This document shows positions 38,462 through 48,278 of a DNA stretch of 64,000 nucleotides, piece by piece (the first letter of the stretch is position 1; the number at the start of each line of letters is the position of its first letter). Position numbers and translations under genes: made by a program. Location of the stretch: the NCBI GenBank assembly GCA_965267575.1, contig OZ254086.1, forward strand, positions 1,536,001 through 1,600,000, given 5' to 3'. This DNA comes from Calditrichales bacterium. GTDB lineage: Bacteria; Calditrichota; Calditrichia; Calditrichales; J004. The notes under the pieces were generated by a model that was not told the origin of the DNA, ran no database searches, and saw only the letters and a list, made by a program, of their open reading frames with translations.

Positions 38462-38533
38462 CCACAATTCTCTCTTGCCGTTTTTGTGCGTCTGTCCTAA
38501 CTTAACCGCTTAATCGAAAAAGCCGAGGGAACC

Positions 38534-40396
38534 ATGCGACGTTACCTGTGGATATCCGCCGCACTGTTTTTAACATTTCATTTTTTAAGCGCCCAGAATG
38601 CTTCATCGCGGGAGTGGACAATCTTCCGTAAAGGCGTTGCCGAATACCAGAAGGGCAATTACGAGCTGGCCCGCCAGAGCTTCAGCCTGATGATCAGCAA
38701 ACTGCCCAACAGCGCGCTGACCACCGCCAACTACCTGATGCTGGCAAAGACCCATTATAAAATGGGCGAATACACCACGGCCCTCGAGCAGGCCGCTGCC
38801 TTTAAGCGCGATTTTCCCAACAGCAGCTATACCGACGACATGAGCTATCTGCAGGCCAACAGCTACTACCGCATGGATCGCGTCGACCGCGCCGTATTGC
38901 AATGGCTGGAAGTGGCCTTTAGCGGCACCGATGACCGCCTGCGCCAGAAAGCGCTGGAACATGCCGATGCGGCGATCCGCCATAAACTGAAACGTGACCG
39001 CGTGGAAAGCCTGGCCGATGAATATACGGGTACGCCGCAGGGTGCAGCCTTCCGCTACCACCTGGCATTGAACGATAAGGAAAGCGGCCGCCTGGAAAAG
39101 GCGCGCAACACCCTGCGTCTGCTGGCGGCAACGCCGGGCAGCGGCCTTTATGGCGACCGCGCTAAAAACCTGCTGGACCAGATGGAGGGACGCGCCGTGT
39201 CAGGCAGCGTTTCACAACCCAGGATCGCGCTTTTGCTGCCACTCAGCGGGCCCAATGCGGAAGTCGGGAAATCGATGCGCAGCGGCATTAAGCTGGCGCT
39301 GGATGAACACAATGCCGCGGCCGGCCAAAAACTGGAACTGCGCGAGTTTGACTATGAAACAAGGCTGATTCCGGCATTACGGCATATGAACAGCATCTCG
39401 GCGGATCCGTCCATCGTGGCGGTCATTGGTCCGCTGGAAAATGACATTGCCGCCGCCTGTGCCGCGCTGGCCGATCATCTTGGGCTTGCCCTTATCAGCC
39501 CCACCGCCTCCGCCGGCGAGATCACCGAAATCTCCGAAAATGCAATCCTGCTGGCCCCGACAATCGACGCCATGGCGACGGAACTGGGCCGTTTCGCTTT
39601 TGATTCGCTGCGTGTACGGCATGCCGCCTCCCTGGCCCCGCTGGATGATTATTTTGTAAAAATGGTGGAGCAGTTTGCCGGCCAGGCCAAGGCGGACAGC
39701 GCTTCGCTCATCGCCCAGGAATGGTACTATCCCGGTGACCAGGATTTTAAAAAACAGTTTCAAAGTCTTAAGCGGATTGGCTTAAAGCTGGAATTCCGCG
39801 ATTCCGTGGAACAGGAGTATGGCGTGCTTTCGCAGCAGCGCCTGGATTCTCTATATCGCGCCTGGCGCAAAACCGAACTGGAACGGCATAAGGAAGAGAA
39901 GGTTAAGATCGACTCGGTGGATATTCCGGTTAATGCTTACGGCGCGCTCTTTTTGCCCGTCTTCAGCGACGACATCAGCTTAATTGCCGCGCAGTATGCT
40001 TTTGCCAATTTTAACACACAGCTTCTCGGTAATTCCGACTGGTACGATGAGGAGCTGCTGCGCCGCAACCGCAACTATCTGGACGGAATGGTCTTTGTGA
40101 GTGACGGCTACATGAATGAAGAGGGCTGGGAGTACAAGCAGTTTCGCAACAACTTCCGCAACAGTCTCAAAACAACGCCGGACCATTTCGCGCTGATCGG
40201 ATACGACAGCTTCAAGTTTATCAGCCGGGCTTTTCAAAACGCCGGCGACATCAGCCGCAGCAATATGATTGATCGCATCACCTCGCTGGACAGGCACAAC
40301 GGTATTTACCGCCGTTTTTCCGTGGGCGATAAACGCTACAACTCCGGGCTGTTTCTGCTGCGCTACAAGTTCGGCCAAATAATCCCCGTCCGCTGA
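38534..40396 (+). CDS. TPR plus periplasmic-binding-protein-type-1 domain protein (LppC/LpoA-like)
   Basis: Signal peptide, TPR-like helices, RIALLLPLSGP...G, VIGPL, LLGNSDW, GYDS. Confidence 0.75.
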   Translation: MRRYLWISAALFLTFHFLSAQNASSREWTIFRKGVAEYQKGNYELARQSFSLMISKLPNSALTTANYLMLAKTHYKMGEYTTALEQAAAFKRDFPNSSYTDDMSYLQANSYYRMDRVDRAVLQWLEVAFSGTDDRLRQKALEHADAAIRHKLKRDRVESLADEYTGTPQGAAFRYHLALNDKESGRLEKARNTLRLLAATPGSGLYGDRAKNLLDQMEGRAVSGSVSQPRIALLLPLSGPNAEVGKSMRSGIKLALDEHNAAAGQKLELREFDYETRLIPALRHMNSISADPSIVAVIGPLENDIAAACAALADHLGLALISPTASAGEITEISENAILLAPTIDAMATELGRFAFDSLRVRHAASLAPLDDYFVKMVEQFAGQAKADSASLIAQEWYYPGDQDFKKQFQSLKRIGLKLEFRDSVEQEYGVLSQQRLDSLYRAWRKTELERHKEEKVKIDSVDIPVNAYGALFLPVFSDDISLIAAQYAFANFNTQLLGNSDWYDEELLRRNRNYLDGMVFVSDGYMNEEGWEYKQFRNNFRNSLKTTPDHFALIGYDSFKFISRAFQNAGDISRSNMIDRITSLDRHNGIYRRFSVGDKRYNSGLFLLRYKFGQIIPVR

Positions 40397-41133
40397 TGCA
40401 GTTGATCCGTTTTGACATTTTTCGCGATACCCCGCTTGTGCAGGCGTTTTCCACGCGCCGTGGGGGCGTCAGCAACGGGCCGTTCAGCAGCTTAAACCTG
40501 GGCCGTTCCACCGCCGATGACGCGCACAACGTGGAACACAATCGCCGGCTTTTTTTTGATGAGCTGAATGTGGAGGCTGAGCAATTGGTTTTTCCGCAAC
40601 AGGTACATTCGGCGCATGCTGAGATTGCCTCCACGCCCGGTGTTGTTGCCAACTGCGACGCGCTGATTACGGCCACGCCGGGATTGTATTTGACCATTCA
40701 GACGGCCGATTGCTTTCCGGTTTTTCTGTATGAGGCGGACAAAGGTGTCGTGGCGCTGATACACTCCGGCTGGCGCGGAACGGCAGCATCGATTTGCAGC
40801 AATACGATCGCTAAAATGGTTGAAGCGTTTGGCTGCCGGCCCGAAAAGATGCTGGCGGCGATCGGGCCGGGCATCACGCAAAAAAATTACCAGGTGGACG
40901 AAAAAACCGCGGCGCAGTTTTCCGGTGATCACCTTTTGCCGGACGGTCCCGGCCATTACCGGCTGGATGTGCGCGGAGCGATAGTGCGTCAGCTTGTCGA
41001 CGCCGGCCTCCCGCTGAGCCGTATTGAAATTGATGAGCGCTGCACCTTTGAAAACAAAGAGCTGTTTTATTCATACCGTCGCGATGGCCAAGAGTCCGGC
41101 CGCATGATGGGTGTTTTGGGAATGAAGCGATAA
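40396..41133 (+). CDS. pgeF: Peptidoglycan editing factor PgeF (YfiH, purine nucleoside phosphorylase-like)
   Basis: FSTRRGGVS..PFSSLNLG, QVH, TADCFPV, HSGWRG, IGPGI, FYSYRRDG..SGRM. Confidence 0.93.
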   Translation: MQLIRFDIFRDTPLVQAFSTRRGGVSNGPFSSLNLGRSTADDAHNVEHNRRLFFDELNVEAEQLVFPQQVHSAHAEIASTPGVVANCDALITATPGLYLTIQTADCFPVFLYEADKGVVALIHSGWRGTAASICSNTIAKMVEAFGCRPEKMLAAIGPGITQKNYQVDEKTAAQFSGDHLLPDGPGHYRLDVRGAIVRQLVDAGLPLSRIEIDERCTFENKELFYSYRRDGQESGRMMGVLGMKR

Positions 41134-42677
41134 TGAACCGGGCCGCGCAGATGCAACGTCTGCAAGACGAAAAGAAGTGGGACGTGGTGATTATCGGGGG
41201 TGGTGCGACAGGGTTGGCCTGCGCAATGGACGCGGCCACGAGGGGCCTGCGCACCCTCCTTTTTGAACAGGGCGATTTTGCCGAAGCGACCTCCGGCCGC
41301 AGCACCAAACTGATACATGGCGGCGTGCGCTACCTGCGCCAGGGCAACATCCGGCTTGTGCGCGAAAGCCTGCGCGAGCGCGAGTTGCTGCTAAAAAACG
41401 CGCCGCACCTGGTTAATGAGATCCGTTTTGTTTTGCCCTGCTACGCCTGGCTGCAGATGCCCTGGTACGCGCTGGGTATGAAAATTTATGATGCTATTCG
41501 CGGCAACTCGCGTTTTGCGGATTCCGAAACATCCGGCTACGAAGATGTGCTTAAGCTTCTGCCCGGCATCAAAAGTGATGACTTGAAGGGGGCCGTCAGT
41601 TACAGCGACGCGCAATTCGATGACGCACGGCTGGCCCTGGAGATGGCGCTGACGGCAGGACGGCACGGCGCGCTTTGCCTGAACTATTTGCGTGTGGAAG
41701 ACGTCCGGCAAGCGGGTGACAGCTTTGAAATTAGCGCTCATGATCTTATTGCCGCGAAAGAGTACAGCTGCAGCGCACAGATGGTCATCAATGCCGGCGG
41801 CATTTACGGCGACCGCTGGCGGCAGGGTGATAAAGGCTACAGCCTGGTTTTGAGCCGTGGCAGCCACATTGTTCTTGATCAGGAGTTTCTGTCAACGAAA
41901 AATGCGCTGATTATTCCAAAAACGGAGGACGGTCGCGTCATTTTTGCCATACCCTGGCTGGGCAAGCTTGTGGTGGGCACAACCGATGTGGCTTGCAACG
42001 CGCCGGAGATGGATCCGCGGGTGACCGATGAAGAAATCGAATACCTGCTGGAACACCTGCAGCCATACCTGGCAAAAACGGCACAACTCAGCGATATCCG
42101 CTCTTGTTTTGCCGGCATCCGCCCGCTGATCGCCCGGCGTGAAAATAAGGCGACACAAGCGCTTAGCCGCGATCATAAGATTTGGCAGGATGACAGCAAC
42201 GGGCTGGTGCAGGTGGCCGGCGGTAAGTGGACCACTGCACGGCTTATGGCGGAAGAGACCATCGATTTTGTTTTGAAGGCAGCCGGAAAGCCGCCGCGCG
42301 CCTGTGTTACCAAGCACCTGGCCCTGGCAAACGATTCCGCGCAAAACGCCGGTGACCCGCAGCTCCGGCCATACGGCAACAAGGCAGGCGACGTCGCGGC
42401 GCTTATCAACAGTCATGCCCGCTGGCAGGAGCAGCTTCATCCGCGGCTTGAGGTGTTGAAGGGACAGGTGTTGTGGGCGGTACGCCATGAGCTGGCGTTA
42501 ACGGTTGCCGATGTGTTGTCGCGCAGAACACGCAGCCTTCTGCTGGATGCCCCCGCTGCCCTGGAAAGCGCCGAAGCCGTTGCCGCGATCATGGCTGAAG
42601 AACTGGACTGGAGCGCGGAAGAACGGCAGGCGCAAATCGAACGCTTTAAACAATCGGCGCAGCACTATGTTGCCTGA
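41133..42677 (+). CDS. glpD: FAD-dependent glycerol-3-phosphate dehydrogenase/oxidase
   Basis: IIGGGATG, TSGRSTKLIHGGVRYL, QFDDARL, GTTD, GGKWTT, RRTR. Confidence 0.93.
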   Translation: MNRAAQMQRLQDEKKWDVVIIGGGATGLACAMDAATRGLRTLLFEQGDFAEATSGRSTKLIHGGVRYLRQGNIRLVRESLRERELLLKNAPHLVNEIRFVLPCYAWLQMPWYALGMKIYDAIRGNSRFADSETSGYEDVLKLLPGIKSDDLKGAVSYSDAQFDDARLALEMALTAGRHGALCLNYLRVEDVRQAGDSFEISAHDLIAAKEYSCSAQMVINAGGIYGDRWRQGDKGYSLVLSRGSHIVLDQEFLSTKNALIIPKTEDGRVIFAIPWLGKLVVGTTDVACNAPEMDPRVTDEEIEYLLEHLQPYLAKTAQLSDIRSCFAGIRPLIARRENKATQALSRDHKIWQDDSNGLVQVAGGKWTTARLMAEETIDFVLKAAGKPPRACVTKHLALANDSAQNAGDPQLRPYGNKAGDVAALINSHARWQEQLHPRLEVLKGQVLWAVRHELALTVADVLSRRTRSLLLDAPAALESAEAVAAIMAEELDWSAEERQAQIERFKQSAQHYVA

Positions 42678-42735
42678 TATGTGTATATAAACAATAGAAA
42701 GAAGTAATTTTTTAGTTAGAAAAAAGGGAATCGTT

Positions 42736-43857
42736 ATGAAGAATGTTTTCAAGTCAGCAGCCGTTTTTTTGGCGATGATTTTGCTGTTTTCCTGCAGCGA
42801 TACGGAAGCCGTCAAGGAAGAGTTCAGCCAGAAAAGCGACATAATCGCCAAAACATATATTGAAGACCGCAGCCTGGATGTGTTTGACGCAAGGCTGGAG
42901 TACGATGAGGAAGGCTGGGAACTGGAAGGCGCGGCCACCCGCGAGGATGTGCGCGTGGCTGTCGAAAACCTGGCCGATTCCCTACTTGGCCCGCAGATGT
43001 ACACCAACAGCTTTGTTATGCTGCCGCAGGTGGAACTGGGCGACAGCATCTATGCCGTTACCATGGTCAGTGTAACGCCATTACGCCGCACGCCGCGGCA
43101 CAGCGCGGAAATGGTCGATCAAACCGTGATGGGGCGCGAGTTGAAATTGCTGCAGAAACGCGGCGGCTGGTATCGCGCGCAAACCCATTACAATTACGTG
43201 GGATGGGTTAACAGCAGCGCAATCTGGCGCACAGATTCCAGCGGGCTTGCACAATGGCGAAAAGCGCCAAAAGTGCGCGTAACGGCGTTGAACGGTTTTG
43301 TTTACAGCGACGCCCTGGAAGAGAGCTACCCGGTGACGGACATTGTTTTAAATATGAATATGAAATTGGTGGACAGGGGTCGCGCATGGACCATGGTGGA
43401 AACACCAGATGGGCGGCGTGGCTATATACCCAGTGGCCAGGTGGAGCCATACCAAAGCAAGGAACCTAAAACCCGCCAGGCACTTCTGGAAACGGCGCGC
43501 AGCATGATGGGGGTACCCTATCTGTGGGGCGGCAATTCTAGCAAAGGCAACGATTGTTCCGGTTTTACTCAGACCGTTTTTATCAACCATGGCGTGGAGA
43601 TCCCGCGCGATGCCAGCCAGCAGGCGCGTGTTGGTGAGACCATTATTCCGGATTCCACCTTCGGCAATGTTTTGCCCGGTGACCTTTTCTTCTTTGGCTA
43701 TAACGGCCGTATTACCCATGTCGGTATCGGGCTTGGCGGGGCCGATTTCATTGATCAGGGCGGACGCGTGGCTTATAACAGCCTGGATGAAGAGAGTCCG
43801 TTGTTCAATGAATACCGCAAACGTACATTTGTAACCATTAAACGCGTACTAAACTAA
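42736..43857 (+). CDS. SH3-SH3-NlpC/P60 lipoprotein (YkfC-like gamma-D-Glu peptidase)
   Basis: Lipobox LFSC, SH3-like segments, GVPYLWGG....G.DCSGF, PRDASQQ, PGDLFFF...THV. Confidence 0.9.
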   Translation: MKNVFKSAAVFLAMILLFSCSDTEAVKEEFSQKSDIIAKTYIEDRSLDVFDARLEYDEEGWELEGAATREDVRVAVENLADSLLGPQMYTNSFVMLPQVELGDSIYAVTMVSVTPLRRTPRHSAEMVDQTVMGRELKLLQKRGGWYRAQTHYNYVGWVNSSAIWRTDSSGLAQWRKAPKVRVTALNGFVYSDALEESYPVTDIVLNMNMKLVDRGRAWTMVETPDGRRGYIPSGQVEPYQSKEPKTRQALLETARSMMGVPYLWGGNSSKGNDCSGFTQTVFINHGVEIPRDASQQARVGETIIPDSTFGNVLPGDLFFFGYNGRITHVGIGLGGADFIDQGGRVAYNSLDEESPLFNEYRKRTFVTIKRVLN

Positions 43858-43869
43858 GGGCTGTTCAAA

Positions 43870-44886
43870 ATGCAGCTAAAAGTAGAGACAAAGCGGCTGA
43901 CGCTAAAAACCAAATGGACTATTGCCCGTGGTAGCAGCGATTACAAAGACAACGTGTTTGTAGAATTGGAGCATGATGGCATCACCGGGATAGGCGAGGC
44001 CGCGCCAAATACACGTTACAAAGAGAGCGCCGGGGAGACGACGAAACGGCTAAACGAAATCCTGCCGCTGATTGGGAGCGCCAACCCGCTCCATTACAGC
44101 AGCCTTATCGGCAAGGTGCGCCAGGCCTTTGAAGGGCAGAGTTGCGCCAAGGCCGCTTTTGACATAGCGCTGCACGACTGGGTCGGAAAAAAATGGGGCA
44201 TACCGCTTTACGCCCTGTGGGGCCTGGATCCGCGAAACGCGCCGCTAAGTTCTTATTCCATTGGTATTGATGAGCCGGAAAAGATGGCCGCCCTGGCCGC
44301 TGCAAATTCCGCTATGCCGGTTTTTAAAATAAAGCTGGGCAGTAAAAACGATCGGGCGATCATTGAGGCGATCCGCCACGTAACGGACAAACCTATCCGT
44401 GTGGACGCCAATGAAGGCTGGACTGACCGCCAACAGGCGCTGAATGAGATTAAATGGCTTGCCGGCAAAGGCGTGGAATTTGTCGAACAGCCTATGCCCG
44501 AAGCGCAGCATGAAGATATGGTCTGGCTCAAACAACATTCGCCACTGCCGCTCATCGCCGATGAATCGGTGCACGTGGCTTCGGATATTCCGCGTTTGGC
44601 GGAAGCTTTCCATGGCATTAATATCAAACTGATGAAGTCTGAAGGGTTGCTGGAGGCGCTGGGCATGATACGTATGGCGCGCGCCATGGGCCTGAAGGTG
44701 ATGCTGGGCTGTATGGTGGAAAGCAGTATTGCCATCTCAGCCGCGGCGCACCTTGCACCGCTTACCGATTACATTGACCTTGATGGCGCCCTTCTTCTGG
44801 CCAATGACCCGGCCCGGGGCGTGGAAAACAGGAACGGAAAATTATTTTTTAATGAGCAGCCCGGACTTGGGGCCGGTATGAAATAA
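43870..44886 (+). CDS. Dipeptide epimerase (L-Ala-D/L-Glu epimerase, enolase superfamily)
   Basis: KIKLG, RVDANEGW, VEQP, ADES, INIKLMK, GCMVES, DLDG. Confidence 0.93.
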   Translation: MQLKVETKRLTLKTKWTIARGSSDYKDNVFVELEHDGITGIGEAAPNTRYKESAGETTKRLNEILPLIGSANPLHYSSLIGKVRQAFEGQSCAKAAFDIALHDWVGKKWGIPLYALWGLDPRNAPLSSYSIGIDEPEKMAALAAANSAMPVFKIKLGSKNDRAIIEAIRHVTDKPIRVDANEGWTDRQQALNEIKWLAGKGVEFVEQPMPEAQHEDMVWLKQHSPLPLIADESVHVASDIPRLAEAFHGINIKLMKSEGLLEALGMIRMARAMGLKVMLGCMVESSIAISAAAHLAPLTDYIDLDGALLLANDPARGVENRNGKLFFNEQPGLGAGMK

Positions 44887-44914
44887 AAAAAGCCGGGCGC
44901 TTTGCCCGGCTTTA
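44885..44914. terminator. Bidirectional terminator between convergent genes
   Basis: A-run, AAAGCCGGGC-gcttt-GCCCGGCTTT. Confidence 0.75.
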
Positions 44915-44930
44915 TCTAAATGTTTTTGTC

Positions 44931-45857
44931 TCAATCGTAAACCGGCGTCAGCCAGCCGTCCGGTGCCGGATATTCCCCGTTGAAAATATCAAAGAAGCTT
45001 TTTTGAACTTTTTCGGTAATCGGGCCTCTCTTGCCGATACCCACTTTTATTTTATCCACCGAACGTATAGGTGTAATTTCCGCGGCAGTACCGGTAAAGA
45101 AAATTTCATCGGCGATATAGAGGCTTTCACGCGGCAGGGCCTCACGCGCCAGGCTCAGACCCATATTTTCGATAATGTGAATAACCGTGCTGCGGGTTAT
45201 GCCCGGCAGAATGGCACTGCTTAATTCCGGTGTAAAAGCCGTTTGTCCCTTGATCAGGAAAATGTTCTCGCCGCTCCCTTCAGCCAGAAATCCCTGGTGG
45301 TCCAGAGCGATGCCCTCAACATAGCCGTTCAGCACAGCTTCCATTTTGATCAGCTGCGAGTTCATATAATTACCGGCGGCCTTGGCCATTGCCGGCAGCG
45401 TGTTGGGCGCCATGCGGTTCCATGTGGAAACCATAACATCAACGCCGTTCTCCAGAGCACCTTCGCCAAGGTATTTACCCCATTCCCAAACACAGATATA
45501 AGTTTCAATCGGATTGTGCAGCGGGTTAACGCCAAACCGTCCAAAACCGCGAAAGACCACCGGACGGATGTAGCACTCTTTCATATCATTTTCGCGGATC
45601 GTTTGCATAACGGCTTCGCACAGCTGGTCCACATCGTACTCGGGCTCCATCCTGTAGATCCTGGCCGAGTTAATCAACCTGTGCATATGTTCCCGCAGGC
45701 GAAAAACCGCCGGGCCGTTGGCTGTGTTATAACACCGTATTCCCTCAAAAACCGAGGTTCCATAATGAACTACATGCGACATAACATGAATATTAGCTTC
45801 ATCCCAATTAATAAATGAGCCGTTTTTCCAGACCTTCTGTCCGATCTTATTTGACAT
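44931..45857 (-). CDS. ilvE: Branched-chain amino acid aminotransferase
   Basis: HYGTSVFEGIRCY, YIRP, AKAAGNY, EGSGENIF, ILPGITR, TGTAAEITP. Confidence 0.95.
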   Translation of the reverse strand: MSNKIGQKVWKNGSFINWDEANIHVMSHVVHYGTSVFEGIRCYNTANGPAVFRLREHMHRLINSARIYRMEPEYDVDQLCEAVMQTIRENDMKECYIRPVVFRGFGRFGVNPLHNPIETYICVWEWGKYLGEGALENGVDVMVSTWNRMAPNTLPAMAKAAGNYMNSQLIKMEAVLNGYVEGIALDHQGFLAEGSGENIFLIKGQTAFTPELSSAILPGITRSTVIHIIENMGLSLAREALPRESLYIADEIFFTGTAAEITPIRSVDKIKVGIGKRGPITEKVQKSFFDIFNGEYPAPDGWLTPVYD

Positions 45858-45874
45858 TCTATGCTCCTTGTCTG

Positions 45875-46495
45875 TTAATCATCTTCAAGCGCCTGGAACG
45901 ATACATCACGAATGGCGAATTTTTGCCAGCCTTTTAAGTCGTAATGCCACCACTCGCTTTCCAAACGCTCAAAGCCGTATTTTTCCATAATTGTCCGCAA
46001 AATCCAACGGTTAATCAAAACCTGATGCGGCAGATCCATAAAACCATGATGTGCTTTTTCTGAGAAGTCATCAAAATCCGTTGGCATAGCCAGATCGTTG
46101 CCGTTTCTGTCAACCAATGTTAAATCCACCGCCGCACCCCGGTTGTGACGGCTGCCGTTTTTGGGATTGGCAACATAGCGCGAATCGGGCATAACTTCCC
46201 ACATCCGGCGCTGCACCGATAGCGGTCTGTATCCGTCAAAAATTTTTAATCCCAGGCCGATCGTTTCCAATTCCTGTTGAATGGAATCAAGTTTTACAGC
46301 GACTGCATACCTGACGATACATTGCGCCTTTTGGTACACTTTTTCGCCAAGAAAATTATTCTGCGTCGCGTAGCGAATGTCCAGCCGGATGGACGGGTTG
46401 ATATTAAGAATATTTACAAAGCTGCTGTCGGATTGCGAAAATCCCCGGGATGCACATAAAAGAAAAACGGCCAGGAAGATTTTAAAGCCGGCCAT
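45875..46495 (-). CDS. ddpX: D-Ala-D-Ala dipeptidase (M15D, VanX/DdpX family) with signal peptide
   Basis: RYAT.NNFLG, DGYRP, SRHNRGAAVDLTL, EWWHY. Confidence 0.92.
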   Translation of the reverse strand: MAGFKIFLAVFLLCASRGFSQSDSSFVNILNINPSIRLDIRYATQNNFLGEKVYQKAQCIVRYAVAVKLDSIQQELETIGLGLKIFDGYRPLSVQRRMWEVMPDSRYVANPKNGSRHNRGAAVDLTLVDRNGNDLAMPTDFDDFSEKAHHGFMDLPHQVLINRWILRTIMEKYGFERLESEWWHYDLKGWQKFAIRDVSFQALEDD

Positions 46496-46499
46496 GGTC

Positions 46500-46835
46500 T
46501 CAGCGCTTTTTTCTGCTCATGAACGTATTTAACAGCTTGATGAGACTGGTAATGATCCTGCCGATCGTTTGAATAGGCTGTTTAATCTCATTGATGACCA
46601 TGTTTTCCAATTCACTAAACTTGGCAACGCTTTGCTGGATCTGATCGCTGGCGCTGTCCAGCTTTTTGCTCACGCTGTTAAGGTTGGACATCACTTCCGG
46701 CAGATCTTTGTTAACGCTGTCCAGCGTAGTATTCACTTTAGAAACCGATTCACGCAGCCTAAGGACGACGGGAATCAACAAAACTACAAGCACTGTAAGA
46801 GCAATCAGGAACACCGTAAAGGCTATTTCCCACAT
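46500..46835 (-). CDS. DUF948/YoxC-like membrane-anchored coiled-coil protein
   Basis: N-terminal TM helix then heptad-rich helix; adjacent to a YtxH-domain gene. Confidence 0.7.
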   Translation of the reverse strand: MWEIAFTVFLIALTVLVVLLIPVVLRLRESVSKVNTTLDSVNKDLPEVMSNLNSVSKKLDSASDQIQQSVAKFSELENMVINEIKQPIQTIGRIITSLIKLLNTFMSRKKR

Positions 46836-46871
46836 AATATACCTTTCTGTCTTCGTTCGGGGAGGAGCGTG

Positions 46872-47210
46872 TTACTTAGCTTTGGACTTTGAGTTTTTGG
46901 GCGTTTCTTTTGCTTCGTCCTCATCATCCATGGAGGAAGCAATACCTTCTTCAAAGGCACGTTCTTCTGCCGTTTGGCCCGGCTGCTTGCGCTTCTCCAT
47001 GTTTTTGGTGATTCGTTCCTTCAGGTCGCTCAGCTCATCCCGAACTTTATCCAGTTCGCTCTTGGCCTTGTCGATAATATCATCGCTTTCGTCCTTCAGG
47101 TCTTCACGGAAATCGTGGCCCGATTTAGGTGCAAACAATAACCCGGCGATAACGCCCATAGCGCCACCTAAAAGAAAACCTTTAATGAAACCGCTGTTTT
47201 CAGTTGACAT
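46872..47210 (-). CDS. YtxH domain protein
   Basis: GFLLGGAMGVIAGLLFAPKSG...R; GGAGG RBS before ATG 47210. Confidence 0.88.
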   Translation of the reverse strand: MSTENSGFIKGFLLGGAMGVIAGLLFAPKSGHDFREDLKDESDDIIDKAKSELDKVRDELSDLKERITKNMEKRKQPGQTAEERAFEEGIASSMDDEDEAKETPKNSKSKAK

Positions 47211-47360
47211 GATATATCCTCCCATCAAATTGGTCGTGATTTTTAAACACCCTAAAAATATTAAAATAAGGCAATATTTACAAAATAATCCCGCAAAAAT
47301 CGCAGCGCCGTCCGAAGCGTGCTCATTAAATTTTGCGGATTATAAATTCGCTTTGACGCG

Positions 47361-47389
47361 TTGACAAGGAATTGATTTAATCTTATATT
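47361..47389 (+). promoter_or_regulatory. sigma70 promoter upstream of rpoZ
   Basis: TTGACA-17 bp-TATATT. Confidence 0.7.
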
Positions 47390-47422
47390 TCACAGCTTTG
47401 TAAAATTCAACGGAGATAGTTC

Positions 47423-47731
47423 ATGGCCATCCAAACGATTGATCTGCGCGAGATGCGGAAAAAGAACCTCAATGTATATGAAGCCTGCCTGCTTATTGCG
47501 GCACGCGCCCGCCAGATTAACGCCAAGAGAGTGGAAGAAAAGAAAGAAAACGAAATTCTCAGCGACATGGATCTGTATGATGAAGCCGATATCTATGATC
47601 GCGAATTAATGGAAGATATCAAATTCGAAAAAGAAATCAATCCGACGGTTATAGCACAAGACGAATTTTTCAGTGATAAAATTCACGCTTATTACGTGGA
47701 GCCGGAAAAAGAGGAAGAAGAAGAGTCTTAA
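47423..47731 (+). CDS. rpoZ: RNA polymerase omega subunit (FCB-type)
   Basis: NVYEA..LIA.RARQIN...; EINPTVIA..EF C-terminal motif. Confidence 0.75.
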   Translation: MAIQTIDLREMRKKNLNVYEACLLIAARARQINAKRVEEKKENEILSDMDLYDEADIYDRELMEDIKFEKEINPTVIAQDEFFSDKIHAYYVEPEKEEEEES

Positions 47732-47782
47732 AATATCGCCGCGAGCAAACAAGCTTTGCCGAAAGGGCGCTTTAATTATTAA

Positions 47783-47811
47783 TTGACTCATTTTTAGATT
47801 TATTTTATTTT
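47783..47811 (+). promoter_or_regulatory. Putative sigma70 promoter upstream of the STAS gene
   Basis: TTGACT-17 bp-TATTTT. Confidence 0.5.
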
Positions 47812-47854
47812 CCTGAACGTTATCCCTTCACTCGTATTAGTCCCAGGAGCAGCT

Positions 47855-48193
47855 ATGAAAATCAAAGAAAAAATTGAAAATCACGTTGCCGTGTTAACGC
47901 TTTCCGGTAAGATGATGGGTGGTCCTGACACGCAGGCCGTTCATGATCATATCAAAGGGTTGATTAATGACGGGGTTAAAAACGTTGTTATTGACCTGGG
48001 CGAGGTTAAGTGGATGAACAGTTCGGGCATGGGTACCCTGATGGCTTGTATGACGACGTTGAACAATTCCGACGGTAATCTTGCCCTGGCCCGTGTAACG
48101 GAAAAAGTGGAGAGCCTGTTAATCATTACGCAGCTTATTAAAGTTTTCAAGACGTATGAAACTGTCGAACGGGCCGTTTCTTCCTTCAGTTAA
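47855..48193 (+). CDS. STAS domain anti-sigma-factor antagonist (SpoIIAA/RsbV-like)
   Basis: VVIDLGEVKWMNSSGMGTL with the conserved phosphorylatable Ser. Confidence 0.92.
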   Translation: MKIKEKIENHVAVLTLSGKMMGGPDTQAVHDHIKGLINDGVKNVVIDLGEVKWMNSSGMGTLMACMTTLNNSDGNLALARVTEKVESLLIITQLIKVFKTYETVERAVSSFS

Positions 48194-48211
48194 TACTTCC
48201 TTTAAATGTGT

Positions 48212-48251
48212 AAAAAAAGGGATTAGGTAAACTTGGCCTGATCCCTTTTTT
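48212..48251 (+). terminator. Rho-independent terminator after the STAS gene
   Basis: AAAAAAGGGATTAGG-loop-CCTGATCCCTTTTTT. Confidence 0.7.
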
Positions 48252-48278
48252 CGTTTAAAATAGTCATCACAAAAAAAC

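Noticed and set aside
36540-38500. Tn7-like insertion at the glmS attachment site
   Set aside because: An accessory gene does follow glmS, but I saw no tns genes, Tn7-type ends or 5-bp target duplication.
45875-46495. Vancomycin-resistance cluster (vanX)
   Set aside because: No vanH, vanA, vanR or vanS neighbours; context fits housekeeping DdpX.
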